Assembly: GCF_006345805.1 (NCBI RefSeq)
Contig: NC_042999.1
Span: 58,838,001 to 58,902,000 of the forward strand
DNA length: 64,000 nt
Direction of reading: 5' to 3'
Source of the DNA: Octopus sinensis
Taxonomy: Eukaryota
Notes under the pieces: model-generated
Databases searched by the model: none
Seen by the model: the letters and a program-made list of their open reading frames with translations, nothing else
What the model was told of the DNA's origin: nothing
In this document: piece by piece, positions 39,930-54,526 of the stretch
Layout of the letters: each line of letters opens with the position of its first letter
Position numbering within the stretch: position 1 is the stretch's first letter
Position numbers and translations under genes: made by a program

Positions 39930-41500
39930 CGAACCCATGCAGGCTTCTTCTCTACTGTATTACTGCGCACTGGTACCCCATACTGAACTAAGGCCGACTG
40001 GTTGTTAAGCTGCACTAAATATTCTTCTAGCCATCTCTCATCAACATTCTTTAGCCTAATCCAGTGACTTTCCTTCTCCACTGTAGTCTGGTTGTCGCTC
40101 GTGATAACATATGCTTCACACTGAGTTAGGCATAGTGACAACAGCCATCGCCTCATATTGCTTCCATGAGACCTCTATTTCCATCTTCGATTGGATTATG
40201 TTCTGCTTTCCAGTCTGCGTCTTCATATTCCTCAAGGAGGTGTGGATGACAGTCAATCTTTCGAATCCGAACGGTGTACATGCTATCTTCATCAGCTCAA
40301 CCAGATCTATTACCTTCTTTTCCTTACACCACATGATAAAAATTTGGTTTCATTGTATCTAAAATGGCGAAGAATCTTTGGCACAGTGGTAAATCTGCAG
40401 CCATCTCCTAACAACCATTCTATTTTCCATCGTTAATTGGAATTTTCTTCTTCTTCAAACAGATCTGCTGTCCTATGGGCATGACTGAGGTTAAAATCTC
40501 CAGCTGTTTTTTCCCTGTGGTTTGTTACTATTGTTCATTAGCGCAACTTAATTCCATGCAGCTTAGAAGGGAACATTAAGAACCAGATTTTGTCTCCAAG
40601 TATATCTATCCAACCCCAGTGTACACTTGGAAAGAATATGTTTCAGTGTCTCCTACTTCCTCGCATCTGGATTTATCACTATTTGATACCTTCCATCATC
40701 TCACAAGGTTTGTAGAGGATGGCAAAGCATCATATAATGAAGGAATCAAAAATTTTAGTCATGATGTAACTCCACTTAGATACTGCATTCCAACTTATTT
40801 TTCTCGCTGTTACGTGCTCTTCCCATCTCATCATCTGTCATTGTTGTGAGCATTGAACCAGATAAAGCTCTCTTCTCTCTGCTTCCCTTGCCTGTACACT
40901 GTTACTAAAAAGAAATCTACGTTCGCCCTGCATCACGCTTGAATATGGTCTGAAAAGATTTGAGCCAAACCTAAGTCCCTTCCGATCAATTTCGGCAGCA
41001 ATCACACTATCTCGATGATTTAGTGACGTCTAGATGTCATCAGTTTCTGCTTCCGCTTTCCACGTCCTGTTTTTTTTTACACCTGGCGGATTACACCTTA
41101 TTTCTTCGCCCATGGACACTCTTATCATCATTACTGTTCCTGCTAGCCCTACTTTACAAATTTCGACAATTGACGCCAAATGTAATCACAGTTAGTGCAT
41201 TAGCTTTTCATTATACAAGATGGACTTAATCATTCCCTAATGAACACATTGCACTCTTGCTCAATAATTTGAATTGGGCTCATAACAATGTCACCTCGTA
41301 TATTTATAGTAGCCATGAAAGGTGTAGATACAGGCTAGACAGTAGACACCATATTTTATCATTACCTGGGGATTTTGAACCATCAGTTGCCTTTAGTACA
41401 TCCTCAGTTTGCTTCATAATCTGCATCCCCAGGATAGGGGGGGATCAGACAATGTTCCAGACGATGCACAGTCCAGGCTCTTAACAGTTTCTTCTTTGAC
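39930..41500 (-). mobile_element. possible highly decayed LINE (L1/Tx1-like) RT region
   Basis: Microsatellite-free block with higher GC and broken minus-strand frames (e.g. WIDILGDKIWF). Only weak motif resemblance. Confidence 0.35.
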
Positions 41501-41564
41501 TCTTGGTATACTTTCCTTTGCTTCTTCCTGCACACCATTAAGGTTGCGCGAATTTTTGTTCCAT

Positions 41565-41770
<206 letters not shown>

Positions 41771-42075
41771 TCTCTCTGCCAGTGTTATAAATTACGTGTC
41801 TATGTGTGCTTGTGCTAAAGCGTGTTTTATAATGTGTGACTGTGTGGCATATTTTTGCGTATCTTCAGCATATTATAATCCACACACACATACACAGAAG
41901 GCACATAAGAATAGACTACCACATACATACACACAGATATACATATAGACAGATAAATTCAATACGCAGTCAATTCAATTAGTCACAATTGCACAGACGG
42001 CAGTGCAAAAGTATGTATGTATGTATGTATGTATGCATGTATGTATGTATGTATGTATGTATGTATATATATATC

Positions 42076-42109
<34 letters not shown>

Positions 42110-43354
42110 CGTGTGTGTGTGGTGTGTGTGTGTGCAAGATTACACTTGTGTATGTGTTACTATGATGGTGTTTGCTTGCATTCACATATGAGTCTACTAA
42201 CTCCACTAGACCGTTTTTAGCCTTCACTCTAACACCAAGACACATTGCTAAATACACAAACAACACTCACATACTAATACACGCACAAACACAACGTATA
42301 GTCATATACTCACTTGTGTTGATAGTCACTTGTTGGAACACACAAATTTATTATCTAAAATAACCAACAGCAATTAAAACACTAATGGCTTTTATTAGAT
42401 GCGTATTGAAACAAAGAATAAAGGATGATTAGTAAAGCGACAGAAATAGATCAAATTATAGTTGTTGTAGTAGTAGTTATTGGAGTTGTTATTGTTGTAG
42501 TTGTTGTAGGAGTAATGCCGCTTAAATAAAACAAAAAAAAACGGGAAAAAACAGGAAAAGGAAATGCTATAGATTTCATTAGTAACAGAAATATTTACGA
42601 GAAGAATAGGAAATGAACTGAGATGGAAATAAAATGAAATAAACAATATCAAATAATGAAGTTAAACATAAGTAAATATAAGTAACGAAATATATATAAA
42701 ATTATGTTTTTTCGAAACACAATACACTTTAAATAAAGCAATAATAAACACGAAATATCATGGAGTAATTAAAATTTCACCATATAACAAAACAAAATGC
42801 ATAAACAAATGAATTTTTCAACAAAGATTATATAGCTAATAATGTCTCTATGGTGTTTCAAGCATAATAAACATGTGCTGAAGAATATCATAGAGGATTT
42901 CAAAAATTGTCTGCCTTTGTTTCGGTTCGATCCCTTAAGCGAAATATTTTTGCCAAATATTTTTTCTTTCCTCCAGTCTTGTAAGGTAACCATTCTAGCT
43001 ATCTGTATATTCTGCCATTTGTCTCTTTATCCTTGTGCAATGTTATATTTCTTTTTGAAAGAGTTCGAGAAGATTGTTTTGCATTTTGGTCCAAAAAGTG
43101 AAGGGCAGCACCGATGGCTCTTTTTTTATAGTTCTTTTTATTCATCAGGTTTTCTGCAACTGGTTGGAGGAAATTATCTTCATTTCAGTGAACTGACAAG
43201 AATGCTTACAATTGGAGAAAATCTTGCCTGACGTACCCAGCGACAGGTGATGGTCTTAAACCAGGCGACAGATTAAGCCTACCAACAAAGAATCCGAAAT
43301 AGCAAGAGACGTAATTAATTTCGCAACCTGTTTTTCCGGCATATCAACAAACCC

Positions 43355-43654
43355 TTTTTTTACGACCAGGCTATCAGATGTTGCTACACATCGCTGGTCA
43401 CAATGCGCTTCGCATTGTTTTAGCCTAGTCCACTATTCCACCTCGGTGGCTAAGCGAGCAGGCCAGCAGAAGAAAGTGTGAGAGAAAGTTGTGGCGAAAG
43501 AGTACAGCAGGGATCGCTACCACCGCCTGCCGGAGCCTCGGGGAGCTTTAGGTGTTTTCGCTCAATAAACACTCAAAACACCCGGTCTGGGGTGCGAAAC
43601 AGCGATCCTACAACTGCGAGTCCGCCGCCCTAGCCACTGGGCCATTGCGCCTCC
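43355..43654 (-). mobile_element. tRNA-derived SINE, family D, tail type 1
   Basis: Minus-strand head GGAGGCGCAATGGCCCAGTGG...; flanked by an imperfect direct repeat containing AACAAACC. Confidence 0.8.
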
Positions 43655-44019
43655 ACATTAACAAACCTGCTATCTATAATTCTGGAAATTTATTTTATGA
43701 ACCCTGACATGATGGAAGCCAAATTGGGCCTCAGTGTGATTTGAACTCAGAGAGGAGAGACAAGACAAATATTGCAAAACACATTGTTATTAATTCCAAG
43801 GACGTCTTTACTTTGTCATCGTCCTTTGCTCTTCGTCTGAGAATGATAGAGCTATGCTTGAGATTGAACTCAAAACTTCTAGGTGACTGCACTGCATTAA
43901 TGGCGTACTCGTCTTTGTTGTTGCTTTCGATACGAGCATTTAGTAGTGTATAAAGGCGTTAGTTATTTCTGAGATGAGAAATTTTTAATATTATGTATTA
44001 GTTAAAAATACAGAATTGT

Positions 44020-44400
44020 TATATTTCCGGAATCTTTTCTTATTTCTAGCAGCATGCAAGGGTCTTCCAGCACCACTAATTTCAACCTCATCAGATATCT
44101 AATTCTGGTGGTATTTTTTACATTTTTACTCGGATCACTTTCCGTCCCAGGTAAATCGGTAGTAGTGTGAAGTTTTTAGTTCTCTGTAGGACAGTGGAGA
44201 GCTTCTGGCCTAGGATTTCCGAGTGGAAAATATCTCTAATGTGTTCAAAGGTATGGATATGACTCACAAAACATATGTGTTCCCATAAGTTCCTTAAATA
44301 GAGTTCAGCTAATTCTGACGGTATAGCTCTGATTTGTGCCATTTCGTTCATAGGCATCTATACAGACATGTTTTCATTTAGTTCGCTCCAAACTTCGATG
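44020..44400 (-). mobile_element. probable LINE ORF1 fragment
   Basis: LLPIYLGRKVIRVKM*KIPPELDI with downstream stops; resembles the ORF1 region of cephalopod LINEs (recalled similarity only). Confidence 0.4.
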
Positions 44401-44709
44401 CGTTATATTGAATGTCACTTTTCTCTATTCTCATCCATGAATATGTTCTCTGTTTCTTTTAAATATTCATGCTTCTTGACTAGTAAGTGGATATCGAAAA
44501 CATTTCTGATATGCCAAAATAAATAGTTTGGTCCTTCATGATTTTACTACTACTAGTGAGGGTGATCGAGGTGGTGGCGGTGCAAGTATCATGTATCATT
44601 ATTATATTTTACGAGGTATAATGTTAATTCACGATTTGCTGCTGTCTTCTTCTTCTTCTCCTCCACATCCTCCTCCTCCTCCTCCACATCCTCCTCCTCC
44701 TCCTCCTTT

Positions 44710-45040
44710 TTCTTCTTCTTCTTCTTCTTCTTCTTCTTCTTCTTCTTCCCATCAGGATTCACGCCATTAGCCACAAAGAATCATCTCTAATTCGAGCCTA
44801 CTCTAATGCGTGTGGCAACTTGAAGATCCACCCACCACACGCGATAGACTGGCGGTTGCACAGGCGCGAAAGCTACGTTTTTATCCTCATTCCGTAAACG
44901 CTGGTTTTTAACCGGTGGAGAGCTGAACCATCCTGGGGTACAGAGGATTCGCAGTCTAGACAAGGCCCTGAAAGTTTACCACACCATAGTGGGTTACACC
45001 ATGGTTCTTCTGCTTTGTGGCAGAAGTAGGAAAAAAGAAA
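44710..45040 (-). mobile_element. 5'-truncated SINE family D, tail type 2, with (GAA)n tail
   Basis: Homologous to 54055-54352. Confidence 0.8.
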
Positions 45041-46039
45041 TACCTATTTCTTTACTACCCACATATGTGTGTACGTGTATGTTTGAAAGTATGTGTTTAT
45101 TTGCGTGTGTCCGTGTCTATGTGTGCTTGTATGTGTGTGTGTGTGTGCTTATGCATATAATTTAGAACTAAGCTTAAGCGCAGAGTAACTCCATGTTAAC
45201 AGCTGCAGGTCGAGACGAAAATAATATGATTTGGTAGGGATACATTGTTAGACAGCAATAAATGGAATTTGCACTACTTACATTAACAAAACCTATACTG
45301 TTTAATCCGTAAGAATCACCATAAAAAACATATTTTGCATAATTCAAACATTGCACAAATGTTATTCGTGAAGCGTTTATGTTTCCCAAGAAATTCTTTT
45401 TTCTTGTCTTTAAAAAAGGCGCCATATATAATTGCAACAATAATCATCAGAAATGTACTTTCCGTAGAGCTCATATTCACAACACGTTCAGTAAATATTA
45501 CTTGCTGCATTTGAAATCGCTTAAAGTATTTATAAGAATTCATTATGTAAAGGACACCTGCACTTTTGTGCGATTGACACAAGGTAGTAAATTTAAAATA
45601 TATATATATATATATGTAAGTATGCATATTTGTGTGTCGTATATGTATATATGTATATATATATATATGTGTGTATGCATATATACACCCACATATAATG
45701 TATGCGCAGGTAGAATGTCACACGTGAATAAATAGCTACTTTGTGTGTAAATATTTTAGTATTTGAGTTTAAACTTTCGATAATGTTGATAATATTTGTG
45801 TGTAGTTTAGGTTTTATAGTCGTATGTTCATTAATGTGCATTCTCAGAATATTATTTAATAGTACACATGGAACGCAATAAAACGCAATAATAAAAATTA
45901 AAATAATATATAACAAAAAAGAAGTCTTCTACCACAAAATGCAAACAAAAACAAACAAATCGAAGGAAACAGACATTTGAAAGGGAACATGCTAGTGACG
46001 AAGCACACGCAAACAGTAAAAAAAGTGATTAACTTTAGC

Positions 46040-46050
46040 AATAATAATGC

Positions 46051-46089
<39 letters not shown>

Positions 46090-46552
46090 TAGTAATAATA
46101 ACAACAACAACAATAACAATAATAATAATGATAATAATGATAATAATGATAATAATAATGATAATAATAATAATGATAATAATAATAATGAGAATAACAA
46201 CAACAACAACAATAATAATGGAGATGATGATGATGATGATGATAATGACGATGACAACAACTATGATGATGAGGAGAAGGAGGACAATGACGATGATGAT
46301 GAGCGGGAGGACGGTGGTGATGATGGTAATGATGATGATGATGTGGACGATGAGGATGATGAAGAAGATGACGAAGATTATGATGATGTGCACGATAGTG
46401 ATGATAATAATAATGATAATGATAATAATAATAATAACAACAACAATAATAATGATGATAGTAATGGAAATGATGATGATGATGATAATGATGACGACAA
46501 CGACTATGATGATGATGTGTACGATGGTGATGATGATGATAATAATAATAAC

Positions 46553-46604
<52 letters not shown>

Positions 46605-46635
46605 GTAGCAACAGCCACAATAGTGGAGAGTGATG
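46040..46635. repeat. (AAT)n/(GAT)n triplet tract
   Basis: Directly visible; open in several frames on both strands. Confidence 0.9.
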
Positions 46636-47048
46636 ATAGTCATGCTAATGCTCCTTCCTCAAATATGTATGTCGCGAAATTTTGCTAAAATTATAAAGTC
46701 TATCAAGTACATACACAAAAATATGTACAAATCTGTCCACCTATATTTTGTTAAATGAACAAACCATTATTTCAGAGAAATCACTTTGAAAAAAATAGCT
46801 TACAGTCATAAATTAGAGTAACATTCAGAATAGAACTAAAAAACCAGAATCCAATAGAAATTTTAAAAGAAAGAAATGGAGAAAAAAAAAGAAAATACGC
46901 ATATCCTGGCAAAGTATGTTTGATGTTTGGAGCTCTTCTTATAAAAATATCATCTCACATCTCCAAGTATATGTTATTTTTAACTCACACACCACTCATT
47001 CACTAACCCGTCCTCAGTACCTCATAAACGTGTATATATATATATATA

Positions 47049-47083
<35 letters not shown>

Positions 47084-47258
47084 GTATATATATATATACA
47101 TACATATATATGTATATATATATACATACATATACTTGAATAAGTAAATATATATACAAATGTGTATATATATATATATATATATATGTAAGTGTATCGT
47201 TAAATACATGTGAATATAAATATACATATATATATATATATATACATCTGTGTGTGTG

Positions 47259-47296
<38 letters not shown>

Positions 47297-47672
47297 GAGA
47301 AAGAAAGAAAGAAAGAATGACAGAAAAAAAGAAAGAGAGAGAGAGAGAAAAGTAGTCAGAATTTTGGAAAAGAATCCTTTTATTTCTTCATTATTATTAC
47401 TAGCGCTTTCGTTCCTCTCTAGAACTTGTCAAATACAATTTTAAGAATGTACTCACAGCTTGTTCATTTATATAAAACAGATGTTTTTTTTTATGTTGGT
47501 GAGGGTTATTTAGAAGAGAACATTGTTTTTGATTTTTTTGGCTGAGGTTCTAAGACAGTGGAATTGGATAGATAGAAATATAGGTAGGTAGATAGATAGA
47601 TAGATAGAAAGATAGATAGATAGATAGATAATCAGACAGATAGATAGATGGGTAGAAGGAATGAGAGAGAGA

Positions 47673-47927
47673 AGGGGTATCCACCTTCTTATTCACCATT
47701 CATTCATTTATTTTAATTTAATTCAGCTCAATACACGTCATTGATTGGTTGAAATTACTGAAATACGACCCCATTAACAAGATATAACTTCAAAAATAGA
47801 GAGCTTTCTTAACAACGCCAAGAGTAAAAGATGTTTTATGTGACACATTCTACCAGTATACGAAGTTTGAAAGTGTTTAGTTACAAAAATTATTTTTTAC
47901 ATCTGTCGGTCAAAAGGTAAATATCCT
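47673..47927. mobile_element. possible short non-autonomous DNA transposon
   Basis: Imperfect terminal inverted match GGGTATCCACCTT / AAGGTAAATATCC. Confidence 0.3.
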
Positions 47928-47970
47928 AAATATATACCTAATAGAGTATCTTATATATATATATATATAT

Positions 47971-48045
<75 letters not shown>

Positions 48046-48099
48046 TATATATATATATCACCACTACTTTATTATCTCCCATTCTTCCTAGCTCTCCTC

Positions 48100-49170
48100 T
48101 GTGACCCCACTGTCCGGCATTCGCCATGATAGATCACTAGCTACGAAACCATTTTCTATTTTATCCCCCTGTTTATTTCAGTGTTCACAAATGTATACGT
48201 ACGGACATATATACATACTCATAATGAGACCTATAATAGCAGATCCCGCATGCAAAACCCACCGCTTCAGTAACTTTTTAGATACCCTCTTAAAACCATT
48301 TCTCAAGCATATCAAAAACTACAGAAGGGACGACATAGATATGCTGTCACCTTCCTAAAGCAATAAGCAAAAACACCATACTAGTATCCTTCGATGTAGT
48401 CAACCTCTATTTTAATATACCCCACAGCCTAGGAATAGAGGCAATTCAATTCTGGCTGGAGAATTAAGCCAATGAACTCCCACATCGCATCAAAAGAGAA
48501 TTCGTAATAGAAGGGTTAAAATTGGAGAATAACTAATTTGTCTTCAAAGACAACTTCTATCGACATAAATTGGGGACTGCGATTGGTACGAGAAAGGCCC
48601 GCACTCCTTTGCTAACCTAGTCATGGGATATCTAGAAACCAGTCTTTACCGTAAGGTACTAGAAATGCGAAAACCCATTCTCCCTCTACATAGAAAATAA
48701 CTGGAAGAGGTGTCTTTATGACAGTTTCATTCTTTGGCATGAAATTATAGACTTAAAGAATTTCAAGCACTTATAAATGGTCTTGCCGTAAACATTCAAT
48801 TCACGATGGAATATAGTCACCAACAGTTTCCTTTCCTCAACACCTTCATGTGCTTACCTCAACACTTACATCTGTTTCGGAGAATCAGATATAGGTATTA
48901 ACTTGTTCTGGGTGTCGAGAGCAACACATAGGCCAAACCAAAAACAGTTTACGTCAAATGATGGCTGTACATAGATCCCAGATCAAAATTTGGAAATAGA
49001 GAAAAATAGCATTCAGCGAATACATTGACATTTCAGCCAATAACAAACAACCCAGCTTCAGAATTTTCCCCTTCTGTCAATTCAGGGACGATGCAAACTG
49101 TAGTCAGCGCATTAGTAAAGCGTCATACTTATCACAAAATATAAACCCCTTTTGAATGCGTCCACCACAA
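48100..49170 (+). mobile_element. Penelope-like element relic of a second group (Neptune-like), preceded by a family F pLTR fragment
   Basis: RPIIA..THRFSNFLDTLLKPF; LVSFDVVNLYFNIPH; GTAIGT; FANLVMGYLE; IQFTMEYS..FPFL; then LTCSGCREQHIGQT (GIY-YIG). 48100-48190 matches the reverse complement of 37370-37450. Confidence 0.85.
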
Positions 49171-49366
49171 ATGACACGACTACAAGAGTCTTAGAATAAT
49201 ACCCAGGCAAATATTAAAAACGATATGTTCAGAACAGTCACTACCAATGAATTTATTCAGAAGAATTTCAATCAGTACTACTACAACCAAAATGGGTCCC
49301 TTTTAGGTCAATTGACCATTTAAGAGGTTTCCACCAACATCCTACTACTGACATACCACCCCCTCA

Positions 49367-49512
49367 TTCTTCTTCTTCTTCTTCTTCTCTTCTTCTTCTT
49401 CTTCTTCTTCTTCTTCTTCTTCTTCTTCTCCTCCTTCTTCTTCTTCTTCTCTTCTTCTTCTTCTTCTTCTTCTTCTTTTCTTCTTCTTCTTCTTCTTCTC
49501 CTCCTCCTCCTT
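49367..49512. repeat. (TTC)n microsatellite
   Basis: Directly visible. Confidence 0.95.
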
Positions 49513-49860
49513 TCTCAATTACTACTGCTTCTTAAACAATTAAGAACAAGAATTCATATCAAACATTAATACTTCTACCTGCTGCCCATCACACAGACCT
49601 CACACGAGTAAAAAGACAGAGACAGACAGAAAAACGGAAAATTCCCTTGCCTTTGAAAACTATGGAAATATTTTTAAAAAAACCCATTTCACTTCATTTT
49701 TGCACAATTTAATTGTTTTTCGTGCTTTAAGTTGAAAAAGTCGCAAAGAACGAAAGAGGTACAAAAATGTTCTTTATGATAAAATTATTTTAGCATTTTC
49801 TACCTTGTCTTATTTTCCTCATACATGTCAACGCGTGTGTTCCTTTTCACCTTCTACATG

Positions 49861-49926
<66 letters not shown>

Positions 49927-49960
49927 TGCGTGCGTGCGTGTGTATGTATATATATATATG

Positions 49961-49996
<36 letters not shown>

Positions 49997-50973
49997 CATG
50001 GGAGAGAGAGAAATAGATAAATAGATAGACAAATAGATAGAAAGATAGATATGTAGATAGATTGATAGATAAATGGATAGAAACGTGTATATCTGTGTGT
50101 TTGTCCTCCATCACTCATTGGCAACGGGTATTAATTTGTTTGCATCTACGCAAGCTAGCGGTCCTGCAGAAGATAGTGTGTATCAGATTCAGAAATAAAT
50201 AAGGAGGATTGATTTGCTATACTCTATCCCATCAAGGTGGTGCCTGAGCAATACTGAGGCCTAATGACTGAAAAATGTAATTAATCTCATGCTATTAATC
50301 TCTCACACCAACTAGTACTCTCTCTCTTTCTCCGTCTTTTTTCTACCTTCTCCCCTCTCTCTCTGTTCTCTTTTTCTCTCCCTCGGTTTCTCTATCTCTC
50401 TCTTTCTCTTTCTCTGCTTTACATTTCCACAGTTCAAATCCATTCCACCAATTAACATTCGCTGCATTTCTTCGTTGACCATTCCTTGGTGTTATCGTTC
50501 AACTAATTCACTCTGTCTTTCGGTTATTTGAACGTCCAGTCGAAGAATCTTAACCCGAAACGCTGGATTCCTCACTCTCCCACCCAATGAAACTGAACAC
50601 ATTCAATTTCCCTTCGCTGTCATATGCCTCTTTATAAGTTTATATGCGTTTTCACAGGCTATCAACATTCTAACACGATGTATATCATTATGTTATAGAT
50701 ATGCACAAACAAACCGCTATAATATACACACATATCTGCATACTTATATATTATGTGTGTGCGTGTGTGTGTGTATGTGGTGTGTATAAAGCAAATGTCT
50801 AGGTTTATATGTATATATATATATATATATGTACGCATGATTCATGGATGGATAGATCGATAGATCAATAAATCGATGAAACGAAGGATAAAAGGATGGA
50901 TGGGCAGATAGAATGGCAATACAAAATTAACTGTTAATACCTGAATTCATTATTATCACAATACCTCCTCTCA

Positions 50974-51000
50974 ATAATGAGGTTTTTGTCTTGACATCAG

Positions 51001-51095
<95 letters not shown>

Positions 51096-51150
51096 CGTAT
51101 GTGTGTGTGTGTGTATGTATATATCAATGTCAAGACAAAAACCTCATTAT
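50974..51150. repeat. 24-bp perfect inverted repeat flanking a (TA)n/(TG)n tract
   Basis: ATAATGAGGTTTTTGTCTTGACAT (50974-50997) / ATGTCAAGACAAAAACCTCATTAT (51127-51150). Confidence 0.9.
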
Positions 51151-51469
51151 ATATATATATATTATGTGTGTGGTTGAGGTATGCGTAGTAATTTTGTGTA
51201 AGTGTGTAGTTATTTCAATGACTCTTGTGCTGATGAATATACATACAATTTTGCATGCGTATATAGATGTGCGTATGTGACTGTATGTGTGTGTGTATGT
51301 ATGTGTGTTCGGGGTGGGCGAGTTGAAGCATTCTTGGGTGAAACCAGATCTATTTACAACAGTCAGATTGACAAATGAGGAGAAATACAGAATAATCCCA
51401 GCATTAATATAAACCCGTCCTTATCCGCCTCTAAGCCGATTGCTATATTGGAGATGGGAAGCATATTAT

Positions 51470-51471
51470 AG

Positions 51472-51523
<52 letters not shown>

Positions 51524-51527
51524 TAAC

Positions 51528-51580
<53 letters not shown>

Positions 51581-51640
51581 TTATGATGATGATGATGATG
51601 ATGATAATAATAATAATAATAAGTATAATGATAATGAAAA
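51470..51640. repeat. (ATA)n/(GAT)n microsatellite
   Basis: Directly visible. Confidence 0.95.
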
Positions 51641-52584
51641 ATATCAACAACAGCCATACTGATAATTCATGTTGTAGTATTGACTCGAGAACCACGCCCT
51701 CTCCCCCTTTTTGTAACTGAATTCGTTTCACTTTCGTTTTTGTTTTTCTGTTGTAGTTGGTTACTGCCTTTGTTGTTTTCTTGTTTTGGTATTTTCCATT
51801 TTTCTCTCTGTCACTCTATCTCACATTACTGATTGTGGCACTTTCGTTTTCTATTTTCTTTTTTTTTTCTTTTTATTTGTCTTTATTTTTCTCTGCCTGT
51901 CTTTCCCGTTTTCTCCTTCTTCGCCTACACTCTGTTTCTATTGCGTATCTTTTTTCTTTTCTCTTGTTTTAAAGACTTTTGTCCGCTTTGTCTTCATACC
52001 TCGTTCAATTATAACATGCAGCTATTAAATTTAAACTATTAATGGTTATTTCCCCTTATATCGCTAGCAATCGTGATAGATGAGAACCAAGCGACTAATG
52101 TAAGAAAAAATATTGATAGACCATAAAGAAGGAGAGAGAGATGAGATTAGAGAGACCGGAGGAGAGAGCACTTTTAGTTTGTAGAAAGCGAAAGATGTCG
52201 AGGCTGGAAGGGAAAGGGGATGTTAAATCAAGGACGAAGGAATGAAATGTATTATATAAATTGATAAAATGTAAACAACCAAATGGAAAGAAAGAGTGAA
52301 ACAATGAATGAAGAATTGAAGAAAGGCAAAATGATAGAAAGTAAGCTTGTTTGAAGACATAAGTGGAACAGAAAGATCGTTGAAAGTAAGAGAAAAAGAA
52401 TAAAAGAGAGAGGAAGAGGAAATTGAATGCAACAAATTCAAAGAGGGAGAGAAAGAAAGGATGGATTAATTAAAGAAAAGAGAAGAATGAATTCAAGGAG
52501 GTTAAAATGATAGACAGGAAGTTTACCAGAAGACAAAAATAAACAAAAAAAGATAGAGGACGAAGAAAGAAGAAAGGAACTAAT

Positions 52585-52630
<46 letters not shown>

Positions 52631-52944
52631 GGAGAGAGTGAGAAGCAAAAACGAGTAAGCACGAAAGAAAGGAAAAACGAAAGAACGAAAGAAAAAAGCA
52701 TTAAAGGATTGAGTGAATAGATAGGGAAGGAAATAGGAATGAGTGCAGAGAAGAGAACATGATAGAAAGATTGTATGAAAATATCTTTACTTGGACTGCG
52801 GCCATGCTGGTGCACAGCCTTGAAGAGTTTAATTTAATGCATTGGTTCTTTTGTCGAGCTGCTAGGTCATGAGGAGGTAGACAGACCAACACTGGTTGTC
52901 TATCGGTGTTAGGGAACACACACACGCGCACACACACACACACA

Positions 52945-52999
<55 letters not shown>

Positions 53000-53991
53000 A
53001 CTCACTCACACATACGTATATCCGATATCTTCCGCGTTCTTATTCTGCCACTTGTTCAGTTTGGCTCTGATGACATTTCCTACAAGGTTTAAGAACGATT
53101 ATACGATCGGTTGTTCCACGTGACCCTTCGTAGGCTACATGTTTTGTGGAAAGCATATCCACCCCAACAGCAAATTCATGGGGCTTCATCATTCATTTCT
53201 TAAACACAGACAACTTCCAGTACGATTTGTTGAGTACCGGGTATTGCTTTCCTGTAAAAGATAGCATCATCATTTGTCTGTTGGATATTTCCGTCATCTG
53301 GTAGGAATTAGAGCAAGGTCTCCTAACCAAATATTCTCCTCGTAGTTTCTGGAATCTGAAGTGCGAGACCTTATTGCGGTAATGTTTGCTCTAGGGAGTT
53401 GCGAGCCTATTTCGAATGGGGTTGCCAGAAAATGATGGTGATGATGACGATGATGTTGATGACGGCGACAACGACAACGACGAAGATAACGACAACGATG
53501 ACGACGACGATGATGATGATGATGATGATAAGGATGACCTTAATGATAATGGAGTAAAGATGGTGGACATGGATTGATAATGAAGATGATGGTGGCAATG
53601 CTGACAGTATGCTAAAAGCAATTATCCACCTTTGTTATTTTTCCATTTGGCCACATTATTTTATAAGTATGAAACATTGATCACTGATTGATTGAAGACC
53701 AGCTGTTTTCTAATGTGTCCCATCAGGTGAACCTTACAAAAAAATATATAAAAGGAAAAAGAGTGAACAAGAAAAAACAACGTGAGACAAGACACTGATA
53801 TTTTTAGTAAAAATCTCCTATAATATCTATGGCTCGGCAATGCACTAAATATCGGCTTTTTGATCTACTGATGACTTTAAAGCTCACGTAGGTGAGTTAA
53901 TGAAATTGTCTATGGTGACTGAAGAAGCCGACGTTTCAAGCCTTTAGTTATCGTCTGACTACAATGACGAGATAGAACATGATTCCTCCTC

Positions 53992-54526
53992 CTTCTTCTT
54001 CTTCTTCTTCTTCTTCTTCTTCTTCTTCTTCTTCTTCTTCTTCTTCTTCTTCTAATCAGGACTCACGCCATTAGCCACAAAGAATAATCTCTAATTCGAG
54101 CCTACTCTAAGCTACTAAGAATGCATGTGGCAAGTTGAAGATCCACCCACCACACGCGATAGACTGGCGGTTGCACGGGCGCGAAGGATACGTTGTTGTC
54201 CTCATTCCGTAAACGGTGGCTTTTAACGGGTGGAGAGCTGGACCATTCTGGAGTACAGAGAATTCGCAGTCTAGACTAGGGTCTGAGAGTTTACCACACC
54301 ATAGTGGGTTACACCCTGGTTCCACTGCTTTGTGGCAGAAGTAGGAAAAAAGAGTGAAAGAAAGTCGAGGTGAAAGAATACTGTGGGGTTCTCCCCCACC
54401 CGCCGGAGCCTGGTGGAGCTTAGGTGTTTTTGCTCAAGAAACACTCACAATGCCCAGTCCGGGAATCGAAAACGCGTTCTTACGACCGCAAGTCCGCCGC
54501 CCTAACAACTGGGCCATTGTGCCTCC
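53992..54526 (-). mobile_element. full-length SINE family D, tail type 2, with (GAA)n tail
   Basis: Head GGAGGCACAATGGCCCAGTTG...TTCGATTCCC is shared with 43355-43654; the 3' part is shared with 44750-45040. Confidence 0.85.

Noticed and set aside
45977-46688. 218-aa Asn/Asp-rich ORF resembling an acidic matrix protein
   Set aside because: Triplet microsatellite open in multiple frames on both strands; no signal peptide or splice evidence.
50525-50565. CAGTCGAAGAATCTTAACCCGAAACGCTGGA possible HHR relic
   Set aside because: Core and stem II too degenerate to call.
53920-53960. Minus-strand AGTC-AGACGA...GAAACGTC-GGCT HHR-like motif
   Set aside because: Core C3/U4 altered and weak stem II; could be chance.
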